DNA of 64,000 bases from Terriglobia bacterium (lineage in GTDB: Bacteria > Acidobacteriota > Terriglobia > 20CM-2-55-15): NCBI GenBank assembly GCA_965198225.1, contig CBDAOY010000007.1, forward strand, positions 960,001 to 1,024,000. The letters are read 5' to 3'. Below, piece by piece: positions 1-10,271 of this stretch. The notes beneath the pieces were generated by a model. It did no database searches, was not told where the DNA came from, and worked only from the letters and a program-made list of their open reading frames with translations. How positions within the stretch are numbered: position 1 is the stretch's first letter; every line of letters begins with the position of its first letter. Made by a program: the position numbers and the translations under genes.

Positions 1-500
1 GCAGCAGGGGCGCCGGCCCTGCGAAGTGCGGTGCGAAGGTCGGCGATCGCCTGCGTGGCGGTTTCAATATCTGCCCGCGCGGCCTCGAGATTCTCCTGAG
101 TGCCCTGTATCTGAGGTAGCAGGCGAGTTTCCCGATTGTACATATCGCTCTGGGAAAGCAATTGTCGGTTCAGCTCGTTCAGTTGCAGTTCCAGCAAAGC
201 GACGCGATCCTGGTTGCGAGCGAGCTCGGCGCGGGCATTGCGGAAGTCCGCCCGCCATTCGGCTTCGCCGCGAACCGCCTGGGCCGCCTCTTCCGCCGGC
301 TCGGCCCGGGCAGGACTCTCCTCTGCGTTTTCGGAGGCGGGGCGATCGGTCCGGACGATGTTCTCGTTCGTGAAGATCCGTGTACTCGAGATCTGTTTCT
401 GCCGTTCCCGCTCTCGTTTCGCGACGTCGACCACGGACTGGGCGCTGCACTCGAGAGCGTAAACACCGACGATCAGAAACGCCAGAACTCGGAGCGTCAT
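1..500 (-). CDS. Secreted coiled-coil hypothetical protein (partial, runs off the window start; absent from the ORF track)
   Basis: ATG at 500 overlaps the PBP stop (ATGA) and follows AAGGAG. Manual translation MTLRVLAFLIVGVYALECSAQSVVDVAKRERERQKQ...IFTNENI...LRRAGAPA is open to base 1, with a signal peptide and heptad-like helices. Confidence 0.8.
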   Translation of the reverse strand, partial: MTLRVLAFLIVGVYALECSAQSVVDVAKRERERQKQISSTRIFTNENIVRTDRPASENAEESPARAEPAEEAAQAVRGEAEWRADFRNARAELARNQDRVALLELQLNELNRQLLSQSDMYNRETRLLPQIQGTQENLEAARADIETATQAIADLRTALRRAGAPA

Positions 501-2695
501 CGTTGTCTCCTTTCGGCGGTTCCCACACCTGGCAACACCGCCGGGATCGTTTCCTGCACATGGCTCAAGGCGGGTATCGGCCGGGCGAACTCTTCGTCCG
601 GTCTGTCTTCATGGATTCTCTCCATGAAATCGATCCAGATCGGCAGAGCCGTACGGCCGCCGGTTTCGGCGTAGCCCAGGGAGACCTTCTCGTCAAAGCC
701 GACCCAGGCGCCGGCGGTGATCGACGGCGTGAAGCCGACGAACCACGCGTCGGTGAAATCGTTGGTCGTGCCGGTCTTTCCGGCCACCGCCCGGTCGAGA
801 GATTGCGCCCCTCTGGCCGTTCCGCTGCGCACCACTTCCCGGAGCAAACCCACCATCGCGTCTGCCGTTTCAGCCGACATGACCTCGTTCGCCTCGGGCA
901 GGTTTTCCTCCAGAATGTCGCCGTCGTAGTCGGTCACGCGATTGATGAGCCGCGGTATTACGCGGACCCCGGTGTTGGGGAAGGCTGAATAGGCCGAGGT
1001 CAACTCGAGGAGAGTGATGTCGGTCGCCCCCAGGGCGATCGGCAGGTACGGTTCGATCACCGAGGAGATGCCGAAACGCGCCACCACCGGAACGAGCACG
1101 TCAAACCCGATCTGATTCAGAAGCTTCACCGCAGGAACATTCCTGGATTGCGCGAGAGCCTGGCGCAGTGTGATGGTTCCGCGGTATTCCCCGTCATAGT
1201 TCGTCGGAGAGTAACCGTCGAAATCGACCGGTGCGTCCTCCACCGTCTGATCCGGCGTCAATCCGTAGTCGAGAGCCGCCGTGAACAGCAGGGGCTTGAA
1301 GGCCGAACCGGTCTGTCGTAACGCCTGCGTCGCGCGGTTGAACTTGCTCGTGCCGAAATCGTACCCCCCCACCATTGCTTTCACTTCGCCGGTCCGATGG
1401 TCGATTGCGACCAACCCACCCTGAACCTCGGGCGTCTGTTCGAGCTCGAGCTCGATCGTCTTCTCGGCCGGGTTGATCGATTGGACGCGGAACACGCCGA
1501 CGTCACCCGGGGTGATCAACTGTTGAGGTGCGCTTCGGCCTGTCCATGCGACCTCCCGCGAGCCGATCTCGTCCCGGTAGTCTCCGACCCGGATCAGGGC
1601 GCTCCGCGCGCCCGACTCCACGACGACACCGCGGACGATGTCGCCGGCCCGAATCGGCTGCGTCCATTCGGGCAGAGAGTAGTTTTCCAGATCGTCTATC
1701 CCATTCTCCGTCAGGTTGAACTCCGCTCCGCGCCAGCCATGTCGTTTGTCGTAAGCGCGAAGTCCCGCCCTGAGGCTGGCCTTCGCGGCGCGCTGCATCT
1801 CCGCGTTCAGAGTTGAATAAACACGTAATCCGCCTTCGTGGACCGCGAATGTTCCGTATGTGCTTTCCAGGTACTGGCGCAGCTCCTCCACGAAGTAGGG
1901 AGCGAGTTGGTCGGGGGCCCGTTCGTCATTGAGTCGGATTGGTCTCTGCTTGGCCTGCTCGCCCTCATCGACCGCAATCTTGCCTTCCGCGACCATTCGG
2001 TCGATCACGTAGTTGCGGCGCATCATCGCACGCTCGGGATTGGCTATCGGAGAATAGCTCGACGGGGCTCGCGGCAGAGCGGCTAGCAGAGCCGCCTCTT
2101 CGATCGTCAGGTCCTGGATATTCTTACCGAAGTAGAACTCGGCGGCGGCCGCGAATCCATACATTCCGTGTCCGAGGTAGATTTGATTGCAGTACAGCGT
2201 GAGGATTTCATCCTTGGTATAGCGTCGCTCGATCTGTATGGAGAGCATCGCTTCCTTGACTTTCAAGGACCAGAGGCGCTCGTGGGAGAGAAAAAGGTTT
2301 TCGCTCAAGACCTGAGTGATCGTACTTCCGCCTTCCACGACGCGTCCCGCAAATATGTTCTTCACGGCTGCTCGCGAGATGCCGTAGAAGTCGAGGCCCC
2401 AGTGGTCGTAGAAATTCTGGTCCTCCACCGACACGATCGCGTCCTTAAGCACGCTGGGCAGCTGGTCGGATTCGACAATGATTCGACGCTCCAGGGCGAA
2501 CGAACCGATGACCTGGCCGCCATCACCGTAAACTTCGGTAATCACGTTGGGCCGGTAGTCTTCCAGGGATTCGACCTGCGGGAGCTCGCTGTTGTAGACA
2601 AAGAGAATACCACCTGTAGCGCCCAGCGTGATGGAAAACACAAGCAGTGCGGCAAACAGGAACGAACCGAAGTAGCGTCGGATCTGGAGTCTCAC
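497..2695 (-). CDS. mrcA: Class A penicillin-binding protein 1A (transglycosylase/transpeptidase)
   Basis: N-terminal TM helix, EDQNFYDHWG and GGSTITQ transglycosylase motifs, GSAFK (SxxK), SRN and KTG transpeptidase motifs. Confidence 0.93.
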   Translation of the reverse strand: MRLQIRRYFGSFLFAALLVFSITLGATGGILFVYNSELPQVESLEDYRPNVITEVYGDGGQVIGSFALERRIIVESDQLPSVLKDAIVSVEDQNFYDHWGLDFYGISRAAVKNIFAGRVVEGGSTITQVLSENLFLSHERLWSLKVKEAMLSIQIERRYTKDEILTLYCNQIYLGHGMYGFAAAAEFYFGKNIQDLTIEEAALLAALPRAPSSYSPIANPERAMMRRNYVIDRMVAEGKIAVDEGEQAKQRPIRLNDERAPDQLAPYFVEELRQYLESTYGTFAVHEGGLRVYSTLNAEMQRAAKASLRAGLRAYDKRHGWRGAEFNLTENGIDDLENYSLPEWTQPIRAGDIVRGVVVESGARSALIRVGDYRDEIGSREVAWTGRSAPQQLITPGDVGVFRVQSINPAEKTIELELEQTPEVQGGLVAIDHRTGEVKAMVGGYDFGTSKFNRATQALRQTGSAFKPLLFTAALDYGLTPDQTVEDAPVDFDGYSPTNYDGEYRGTITLRQALAQSRNVPAVKLLNQIGFDVLVPVVARFGISSVIEPYLPIALGATDITLLELTSAYSAFPNTGVRVIPRLINRVTDYDGDILEENLPEANEVMSAETADAMVGLLREVVRSGTARGAQSLDRAVAGKTGTTNDFTDAWFVGFTPSITAGAWVGFDEKVSLGYAETGGRTALPIWIDFMERIHEDRPDEEFARPIPALSHVQETIPAVLPGVGTAERRQR

Positions 2696-2708
2696 GGCGA
2701 TGATTATA

Positions 2709-4508
2709 TCAGGAGCCCACCCTCAATACGGCCAGGAACGCCTCCTGAGGGATGTCGACCTTGCCGACGCGCTTCATGCGTTTCTTGCCTTCCTTCTGTC
2801 GTTCCAACAGCTTGCGTTTCCTGGTGATGTCGCCGCCGTAGCATTTGGCGACCACGTTCTTCCGGATCGCCGGTATCGATTCGCGCGCGATCACGCGGCT
2901 GCCGATGGAAGCCTGGATTGCGACTTCGAACATCTGGCGGGGAATGAGCTCCTTCATCTTCTCGACCAGGGCGCGTCCGCGGGCATATGCAAAGTCGCGA
3001 TGGACGATCCAGGAAAGTGCGTCGACGGTTTCACCGCCGACGAGGATGTCGAGTTTGACCAGATCCGAGGTCCGGTAGCCGGACAGGTGATAGTCGAAAG
3101 ACGCGTACCCCCGCGAGACGGACTTGAGGCGGTCGTAGAAATCAAGAACGATCTCGTTGAGCGGCATTTCGTAGGTGAGCAACACGCGCGTCGCCGAAAG
3201 GTACTCGAATCCTTTCTGGATGCCCCTTTTGTTCTCGAGAAGTTTGAGGATGGGCCCGAGGAAATCGTCCCGCGTCATCACCAGAGCGGTGATGATGGGC
3301 TCCTCGATCGTGTCGATGAACTGGGGGTCCGGAAACTTTGTCGGGTTCTCGACGTCCTCCAGGCTGCCGTCCGTTTCGAGGATTCTGTACCTCACGCCGG
3401 GCGCAGTAGAGATCAGCGAGAGCTCGAACTCCCGCTCGAGGCGTTCCTGGATGATTTCCATGTGCAGCAGGCCGAGAAACCCGCATCGGAACCCGAAGCC
3501 GAGCGCGGTCGAAGTCTCGGGTTCGTAGAAGAAGGAGGAGTCGTTCAGGCGAAGCTTGTCGAGCGCGTCTCGGAGCGATTCGTACTGGTTTGGTTCGACG
3601 GGATACAGCCCGGCAAAGACCAGCGGCTTGATCTCCTGGAATCCGGGAAGCGGCTCTGTCGTCGGGCGTTCGTCCTCGGTGATCGTGTCTCCAATCTGGG
3701 TGTCGGAAACGGTCTTGATGTTGGCAATTATGTAGCCGACCTCGCCCGCCCTCAGGCTCCCAGTCGGGTTCATTTTCGGTCTGAGTGTGCCGATCTCATC
3801 GGCCTGGTAGACCTGTCCGTTGGACATCAGTCGAATCTTCGTGCCGCGCTCGATCAGACCGTCGATCATCCGAACCACAACGATGACGCCACGGTAGGTA
3901 TCGAACCAGGAATCGAAGACCAGGGCCTTCAACGGGGCGTCGACGGAGCCCGCAGGCGGTGGAACTCGCGTCACGATAGCTTCCAACACGTCGGTGACTC
4001 CCTCGCCATGCTTGGCGCTGATGTGGAGCGCCTCGTCAGGGTCGAGACCGATCACGGATTGGAGTTGCTCCTCGACCCGTTCCACTTCGGCGCCCGGCAG
4101 GTCGATCTTGTTGATGATCGGGACGATCTCGAGATGGTTCTCGATGGCCAGGTATGTGTTGGCCAGCGTCTGCGCCTCCACCCCCTGAGAAGCGTCGACG
4201 ATGAGCAAAGCACCCTCACAGGCTGCGAGGCTCCGGGATACCTCGTAGCTGAAGTCCACGTGACCGGGTGTGTCGATCAGGTTCAGGATGTAGTCCTTAC
4301 CGTCACGGGCTTTGTGATCGAGACGCACGGCTGCCGCCTTGATCGTGATTCCGCGCTCCCGCTCCAGATCCATGGCGTCCAAGACCTGCGAGGACATCTC
4401 CCGCTCCGACAGCGCGCCGGTCAGTTCCAGCAGCCGGTCCGCCAGTGTCGACTTGCCGTGATCGATGTGCGCGATGATCGAGAAATTGCGTATATGGCTC
4501 AATGGCAT
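2709..4508 (-). CDS. lepA: Elongation factor 4 (LepA)
   Basis: [29 protein letters not shown]-terminal [15 protein letters not shown]. Start set at MPLSHIRNF (4508). Confidence 0.98.
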   Translation of the reverse strand: MPLSHIRNFSIIAHIDHGKSTLADRLLELTGALSEREMSSQVLDAMDLERERGITIKAAAVRLDHKARDGKDYILNLIDTPGHVDFSYEVSRSLAACEGALLIVDASQGVEAQTLANTYLAIENHLEIVPIINKIDLPGAEVERVEEQLQSVIGLDPDEALHISAKHGEGVTDVLEAIVTRVPPPAGSVDAPLKALVFDSWFDTYRGVIVVVRMIDGLIERGTKIRLMSNGQVYQADEIGTLRPKMNPTGSLRAGEVGYIIANIKTVSDTQIGDTITEDERPTTEPLPGFQEIKPLVFAGLYPVEPNQYESLRDALDKLRLNDSSFFYEPETSTALGFGFRCGFLGLLHMEIIQERLEREFELSLISTAPGVRYRILETDGSLEDVENPTKFPDPQFIDTIEEPIITALVMTRDDFLGPILKLLENKRGIQKGFEYLSATRVLLTYEMPLNEIVLDFYDRLKSVSRGYASFDYHLSGYRTSDLVKLDILVGGETVDALSWIVHRDFAYARGRALVEKMKELIPRQMFEVAIQASIGSRVIARESIPAIRKNVVAKCYGGDITRKRKLLERQKEGKKRMKRVGKVDIPQEAFLAVLRVGS

Positions 4509-5059
4509 GAGCTCTAAGTATAAGTGAACATCGTAGTCCGTAGGCCGTTGTGCTTCGCCGAAGGCGAACCCTGCGTTGGTGCGCCTGCCGCTCCTTTCCG
4601 GGAAGGTTCGCGGCATAGCAATCGCGAGCGGAACGTGGCCTGGATGCCTCTAACCGGTACTGTGAAGGTAACGGACGCAAGTCAGGGGAAGGCTGGTCGG
4701 ACGCAGACTAGGCCGCTGTGACCGCCCAGGTGGTCAAAGATCGCGCCCGAAATGTTCGATGATGAACGGACCTGAGCCGATGCCTTCCCACGCGGAACAG
4801 ATTCTGAATCACACCGTGAACATGCAGGAATCGCTGAGCCTGATCGGTTGATTTGAAGCGTCTCATCTGACGCTCCCTCAGTCGGCTCGATTGGTGGGAT
4901 ACTTCGCGGGCCCTGATTAGCTGCCAATTTCGTAGCTATTCTGATCTTACTCAGGGAGACCAGCCACAGACCTCTATTCGATAATACAAGTCGTCGTTGC
5001 TGTGTCGAGCAGTCAGGGAGAGGTCGACATAAGAGGCGTAGTCAATCACCGCGCCGGTG

Positions 5060-6475
5060 CTAGTGCTTTCCAATCCCGAAGGCATGAATCAATACCACGA
5101 GCCAAACCACCCCCATCCAAACTACCACGATGCCCGGGTGACGTTCGCCTAGGAGCAGCGACAGCGCCAGGAGAGCGTAGACCGCAATCACCCCGAGCCA
5201 CTTCGCCCTAATCTGGTAGCGACCCAACCAATCGCGGCCGCTTGACCTGTGTTGAGGTATCACCTGCATCCCGAATACACTCTTTGCCAGAAACCATCCG
5301 GTGCCGTCAGCCATCAAGGTGCAACAAGCACATGAGCCGGCGCGATGCCAACGTCGTCTATCGATCTGAGCTGTTGTCCGGACTCGACATCGATGAGACC
5401 GAATATCACCACCTTGACTCTTTGCCAGAAACCAGATGCCAACGTCGTCTATCGATCTGAGCTGTTGTCCGGACTCGACATCGATGAGAAGAATATCACC
5501 ACCTTGAAGAGTTGGTAGGTACAGCAAGCCGTCTTCAGATGTCATGCTCGAAAACTGTTGACTCGGGTGAATCGATTGAATGTGTTGAAGCGTCTCCGCA
5601 TCAAAAACGAGAATCCGGTCTGCCAACCGCATGTGGCTTGGTCCGTCACTCTCGCTGGCCGCTACCAGTATCATAGCGTCAGCCGCTATCGTCAAGAACG
5701 GGTGAACGTCGACGTTCGGAATCATCCGAGAAACCGTCTTCAACACCTCTCGCTGCGATAAATCAAGCGACAAAAGAGACGTATCCTCTTTGACAATGAC
5801 CATCCGTGTCGCACCATCAAGAAGCATGGCACCCGAATTTCGTCCTTGGGGCAAGGGCTGCCCTGACGGGGAACTAGGAAGTATCCACATGCTCGTTTGC
5901 GGCAGGCCATTCACCCATTCGGTAAACCGAACAGCGTTCCGGAATGGCGGAACGAATATCAGGCGACTCTCCAATTCAGCCGACATCATTAGCCACGGTA
6001 GACAGTCCGGTAGGCCGGTTCGCATTCCGTTGAGCCGTCCTGTAATCGGGTCGAAGGCAGACACTACCGTGAGACAGGAGCCTTCTGGTGGTCTGAGCTG
6101 AGTCTGAACATAGACCAAGCTGGGGCTTGAAAACAGATAAGGAAACCCTGGCTCAAGGGATCCCCTCACCCGATCAGCTACGTCAACTTCGTGAGTCACG
6201 ATTCCCTGTTGGACATCAAATACCACGAGCCGGTCGTCTTGAAGAATGGCGAGGGCGCTCCCTTCATTCACCACGGTGACGGCAGCGTCATCGGCGACCA
6301 GGATTCGGCCGTGAGCCACTCCCCATGCATCGATGAGTAGGATCTCATCATTGTCCTCTCCGCTTCGATCAAGCACATAAAGCCACCCTGATGACGGGGC
6401 TTCCCATGACTGTGGCTGTTGACCAGACAGGCTGGTGACCGACAAGGCTAGAATGACGATGATTCTACTAAACAC
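5060..6475 (-). CDS. Secreted beta-propeller protein (YncE / amine dehydrogenase heavy-chain-like); 3' end altered by a duplication
   Basis: Signal peptide and repeated blade-like segments (LYVLD, LVVFD, ILVFD, ILLID). The likely ancestral C-terminus GIAPAHVLVAP* near 5315 is now out of frame. Confidence 0.6.
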   Translation of the reverse strand: MFSRIIVILALSVTSLSGQQPQSWEAPSSGWLYVLDRSGEDNDEILLIDAWGVAHGRILVADDAAVTVVNEGSALAILQDDRLVVFDVQQGIVTHEVDVADRVRGSLEPGFPYLFSSPSLVYVQTQLRPPEGSCLTVVSAFDPITGRLNGMRTGLPDCLPWLMMSAELESRLIFVPPFRNAVRFTEWVNGLPQTSMWILPSSPSGQPLPQGRNSGAMLLDGATRMVIVKEDTSLLSLDLSQREVLKTVSRMIPNVDVHPFLTIAADAMILVAASESDGPSHMRLADRILVFDAETLQHIQSIHPSQQFSSMTSEDGLLYLPTLQGGDILLIDVESGQQLRSIDDVGIWFLAKSQGGDIRSHRCRVRTTAQIDRRRWHRAGSCACCTLMADGTGWFLAKSVFGMQVIPQHRSSGRDWLGRYQIRAKWLGVIAVYALLALSLLLGERHPGIVVVWMGVVWLVVLIHAFGIGKH

Positions 6476-6580
6476 AGGGATCGACCTTCCGATAGCGATC
6501 TTGGCGATTCGGTTCCGATAGCCGGCGGTCGAGCGGCCGATCCGTGTGGAACAGACCGGTCCGCCTCAAGTGAGAGCCAA

Positions 6581-6713
6581 CTAGATGGCCTTGCCGTCGA
6601 TCTCGTTGTCGTTCGCCGTCATGATGAAACCGCATCAATTCCTCCTCTCTCCTCGACCTCGACTGGCAAGACCCATCGGCGATGGTGCCGATCTCTCCGT
6701 TACAGGCCACTAG
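6581..6713. mobile_element. Truncated MITE related to the 55462-55728 element
   Basis: CTCCTCGACCTCG...GCAAGACCCATCGGCGATGGTGCCGAT...GTTACAGGCCACTAG closely matches the right half of the 55.5 kb MITE; CTAG on both sides. Confidence 0.75.
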
Positions 6714-6749
6714 TAAGCCTTCGCTCTCGAGCCAAGTTGATTCATCCTT

Positions 6750-7003
6750 CTAACTCTCGTCACAGTAACACGTTGGGATTATTACTCCCGGAACTGCGCC
6801 AGAAGAAACAAAGAAGCACTGCACATCGCCGCCCGTTCTGGCGCGAAGAATGATGTTCAGGTTGTGATTCCACGGTATGTATTCCCCGCCAGGGATTGTT
6901 CGGCAAAACGGATTCGAAGAGGAAGTGCACTGGAACTCCCCTGTACTTTCATAGTAGATTTCCCAGCCTACTGGTTCAATAAGGCCGATGTGGCAATCTA
7001 GGA
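6750..7003 (-). pseudogene. C-terminal fragment of the IS-interrupted secreted Cys-rich protein
   Basis: In frame with 9558-10203 once the IS and one CTAGGA copy are removed (...FDVL/DCHIGLIEP...CYCDES*). Confidence 0.85.
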
Positions 7004-7082
7004 CCTCAGTGGTCACTTCAAAACCGGCCAACGATGGTCACTTCAAAACCGGCCAACGGGGATGGCCCGGGACGGTGTTGTT

Positions 7083-7838
7083 CTACCTCTTTGGGACTGG
7101 ACTCGGCAAGCCCGTTTTAGTCCTCCAACTCCGAGGGCCGCATTTGAGGATGTGGCCGTGATGGAGCAGCCGGTCCAGCATGGCTGTGACGGCGGCGCTA
7201 TCACCCAGTAGTTTTCCCCAGTCTTGGACGGGTCGATTCGATGTCAGTAACGTACTGGTCCGTTCATAGCGTCGCATCACGATCTCGAGGAGTTCCTCTG
7301 CTGCAGTGGGAGGAAGCTTCCGCATCCCCAGATCGTCGATGATCAGCAGCGGGACCGTCGCCAAAGCTTCCATGCACTCCTTTCGGGTACCGTCAATGGT
7401 GGCTTCGGCGATGTCGTCGAGAAGCGCATGAGTTTCACGGTAGACGACCCGATAGCCCTGCTCAATGGCAGCCAAGCCGATGGCCTGAGCCAGATGACTC
7501 TTGCCGGTGCCAGGAGGACCGAGAAACAAGGCATCGTCGTGCCTGGAGATGAAGGCGCCCGTCGCCAGGTCGAAGACCAGACTACGATTCATCTTCTTGT
7601 TGAAAGTAAAGTCGAAGGAGTCGAGCGTCTTCTGGGGATCGCGGAACCGGGCCTGTTTCCGACGCCGTTCCAACAACCGGATGCTGCGACGGTCCAGTTC
7701 ATCCGAGACCAGACGAGAGACCAAGTCGATCGGCGCCATGGCTTCGGTCTGGGCCTGGTGGAGGCGTGTTTCCAACACCTCGGCAATGCCGCCGAGCCGG
7801 AGTTGTCGGAGAGCCCGCTGGAGTTCGATCAGATTCAT
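7083..7838 (-). CDS. istB: IS21 helper AAA+ ATPase IstB
   Basis: GPPGTGKS Walker A, LLIIDDLG Walker B, TSNRP and AMLDRLLHH motifs. Confidence 0.96.
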   Translation of the reverse strand: MNLIELQRALRQLRLGGIAEVLETRLHQAQTEAMAPIDLVSRLVSDELDRRSIRLLERRRKQARFRDPQKTLDSFDFTFNKKMNRSLVFDLATGAFISRHDDALFLGPPGTGKSHLAQAIGLAAIEQGYRVVYRETHALLDDIAEATIDGTRKECMEALATVPLLIIDDLGMRKLPPTAAEELLEIVMRRYERTSTLLTSNRPVQDWGKLLGDSAAVTAMLDRLLHHGHILKCGPRSWRTKTGLPSPVPKR

Positions 7839-9445
7839 GAGTGTTCCTGCTCCTGGATTTTGAGGTTGATGAGATCGCGATACTGAGTCAGTTCGCGAAT
7901 GAGAGGATCGACCTGACGCAGGGCGAGTGGAGGTCGCCGCTCCAGATAGCGGCGGACGAAACGATACTCGTAGACGTGGAGTTCCAGTGCCGCAGCCGAA
8001 GCATCCTCCACGGCGGAGACACCGTACTTCTTGGCCAGGGAGAGCACACCCAGGATGCGGCGGACCGCAGCTTCCCCTTGTCGGCGGTGAATGGCGTCAC
8101 AGAGTGTGCCGATGTGGGTGCCAGCGCGGCGGGCTCGGGCCAGCAGTTGCACCGTCGTTAACGGGGTTTTCTTCGGGTTGTCTTCAGCACGGACACGGTA
8201 TCCACCCCGCTTCTGGCGGACATGCTCGCGGAGGAGTGGATAGGTGTTTGGGTCCAGGATCCGGACGTGAAGCGTGTCCCACTGGACCTTGACACCCCGT
8301 CCGATCCAGCCCGGCGGTACACTGTAATAGGCGGCTTCGACTTCGACGCAACCGTCGAGATGGACGACACGTTCACCGAATTGGTAATAGCGAAACGGTT
8401 CGATCGGCAGCGGCTTAAGAGATGGTTTCTCTTCGGCGAACATGGCCGCCACCTGCCGCTTGGTCGTGCCGTGGATGCGGGTGTCGGCCCATCGGACTTC
8501 CCAGCGATCCAGATACCCCTGGGCCTGGTCGAGGCTCTCGAAGCGCTGTCCCTTCAATGGGGTCTTCTGGGCGTGCCCGACACCGGATTCGACTTTGCCT
8601 TTGCGGTCTGGATCGCGCACCCGGCATGGCATGGCCACCACGCCGTAATGGGTCAGGACATCTCGAAACAACGGATTCAGGGTGGGGTCGTAATGGTCCG
8701 GGACGATCACGCCTTCGCGCAGGTTATCCAGCACGATGAGGCGGGGAGTGCCGCCGAGTCGGCGGAACGCGGTCTCGTGCAACTGGGCCCAGATGCGGGA
8801 ACTGGACTTGAACGTCAGCAGCCGGACCGATTTGCGGCTGTAGCCCAACGTCATCACGAACAGCCGCGTCCGTCGGTACTTGCCCGTCTTCGGATCCCGG
8901 ACCATCGGTCCGGTCCCGTAGTCGACCTGCGCTTCCTCTCCAGCTCCGGTCTGGATGATTCCGACCGCTTCCGGGGATCGCACTCCCCGGAGTTTGCGAA
9001 CGAAACGCTTGACCGATTCGTAGCTGCCGACAAAACCGTGATCCGTGACCAGGTCCTGCCAGATCGCCATCGCGTTGCGGCCACGCTCCAGCGCCTGTTG
9101 GATGGTCTCCCGGTACGGCTCGCAGGAACTGCCCGACGGTGGGCTTGGAGGGGGAGCCGACGACTCTGCCGAGACCGGATTCTCGGCCTCCGGGTCGGTG
9201 GTCACCGTTTTGAAGTATCTCGACACCATTTACGCCTCCGGGTCGGTGGTCACCTCGTTGGCCGGTTTTGCCGGTCGCCGGCCCCAACTCCCGGGCGGCC
9301 GAATGGGGATTCCGGCCGCTCTCAGATACGCACTGGCCGTCTCACGACGCACGCCGGTGGTCTGTTCGATCCGACGCAGCGGCCATCCAAGCCGCCCCAA
9401 TGCAACAACTTGCTCTCTCTTTTCTGTGCTCAAGACATTGCTCAT
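7835..9445 (-). CDS. istA: IS21 DDE transposase IstA, split by an in-frame TAA at 9230-9232 (71 aa + 464 aa)
   Basis: N-terminal HTH (GWPLRRIEQTTGVRRETASAYL), then AQVDYG, LDNL and RKGKVESGV. Both parts are in the same frame. Confidence 0.9.
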
Positions 9446-9482
9446 GCCGACGGAGCCTGTTTCGGCTTCCCGTCGGTGTCAA
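9446..9482 (-). promoter_or_regulatory. Putative istA promoter, probably leaderless, embedded in an inverted repeat
   Basis: TTGACA-17 nt-CAGGCT-8 nt-ATG, overlapped by the hairpin CCGACGG..AGCC/GGCT..CCGTCGG. Confidence 0.55.
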
Positions 9483-9557
9483 TGTCCCGGGCTTATCTAT
9501 GTTCGTTGGCCGGTTTTCAGGTGACCACCATTGGCCGGTTTTGGGTGACCGCCGAGG

Positions 9558-10203
9558 CTAGGACATCAAACGTAGAGCCGTCGCAATCCGGGATCCAACT
9601 TTGGGTTATACACACTTGTCCGGGAGGACAACCAGGCAACTGATCCTTAAACTTCATCTGAGTGATATTCCTAGAAAGCCACAATCCAACGGGGTCATAG
9701 ACGCGCATATCGCCTTTGGCATGGTATTCAGTCTGCTGCTGCGCTGATACTGTTTTGAATACCGGAGACTCGGTCGACACGGCAGGTATCAACTCCCACT
9801 CTCGGTCCGAGTCCATCGCTACAGCCTGAGCTTGGCGTTTGTCGTTCAGCGACGCTTGGTCCCCAAAGAAGTTACGCGGGCCAAATGACTTACTGATGAC
9901 AATCAAGTTGCATTCGGCGTCCGGCATGATCGCCATTCTCCGACCGAAACCGGGCGGCGTGCGCATCGAGATTGTAAAGGCATCATATGTGCAGACTCCA
10001 CTAGGTGCTCGGGTGCCTTGGAGCACCGTCTGCCCAACCGCTAGCTCTCGATCGACAAAGACACGTTCAGCGGGGACCGGCTCCCTCTCTCTTCTCTGCG
10101 CTGAGACTGGGGACGGAGTTAGCAACAACGTACCAAGTGCTGCAACTAAAAGCGCCACGATGTAGCGGGTTCGGTTTGAAGAACGGTTTCTGAGTGTTTT
10201 CAC
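9558..10203 (-). pseudogene. N-terminal fragment of a secreted Cys-rich protein interrupted by IS21
   Basis: Strong RBS AAGAAGGAGG before GTG, signal peptide ending VSA-Q, reading frame runs into the IS end. Confidence 0.85.
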
Positions 10204-10271
10204 GGCGGCCTCCTTCTTTTGGCGGGTTGAAAGCGACGTTTCCTTGAACCGCGCAGAACTGTACGAGACCG

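Larger units (their letters stand above)
7004..9557 (-). mobile_element. IS21-family insertion sequence, 2554 bp, with a 6-bp target duplication CTAGGA
   Basis: Terminal IRs CCTCAGTGGTCACTTCAAAACCGGCCAA / CCTCGGCGGTCACCCAAAACCGGCCAA with tandem subterminal repeats; CTAGGA at 6998-7003 and 9558-9563; istA-istB gene pair. Confidence 0.95.

Noticed and set aside
2700-4517. 605-aa plus-strand ORF, and similar long antisense ORFs at 8222-9643, 21629-22990, 33475-34683, 40642-41874, 53886-55178 and 56198-57769
   Set aside because: They mirror well-supported genes on the opposite strand, which is expected from codon bias in high-GC DNA, and have no recognisable motifs.
5060-5310. Genuine membrane-anchor domain on the beta-propeller protein
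   Set aside because: It is reached only through the frameshifted duplication and is probably read-through into a separate remnant.
9230-9232. Selenocysteine or pyrrolysine recoding in istA
   Set aside because: The stop is TAA, not TGA or TAG, and lies in a variable linker.
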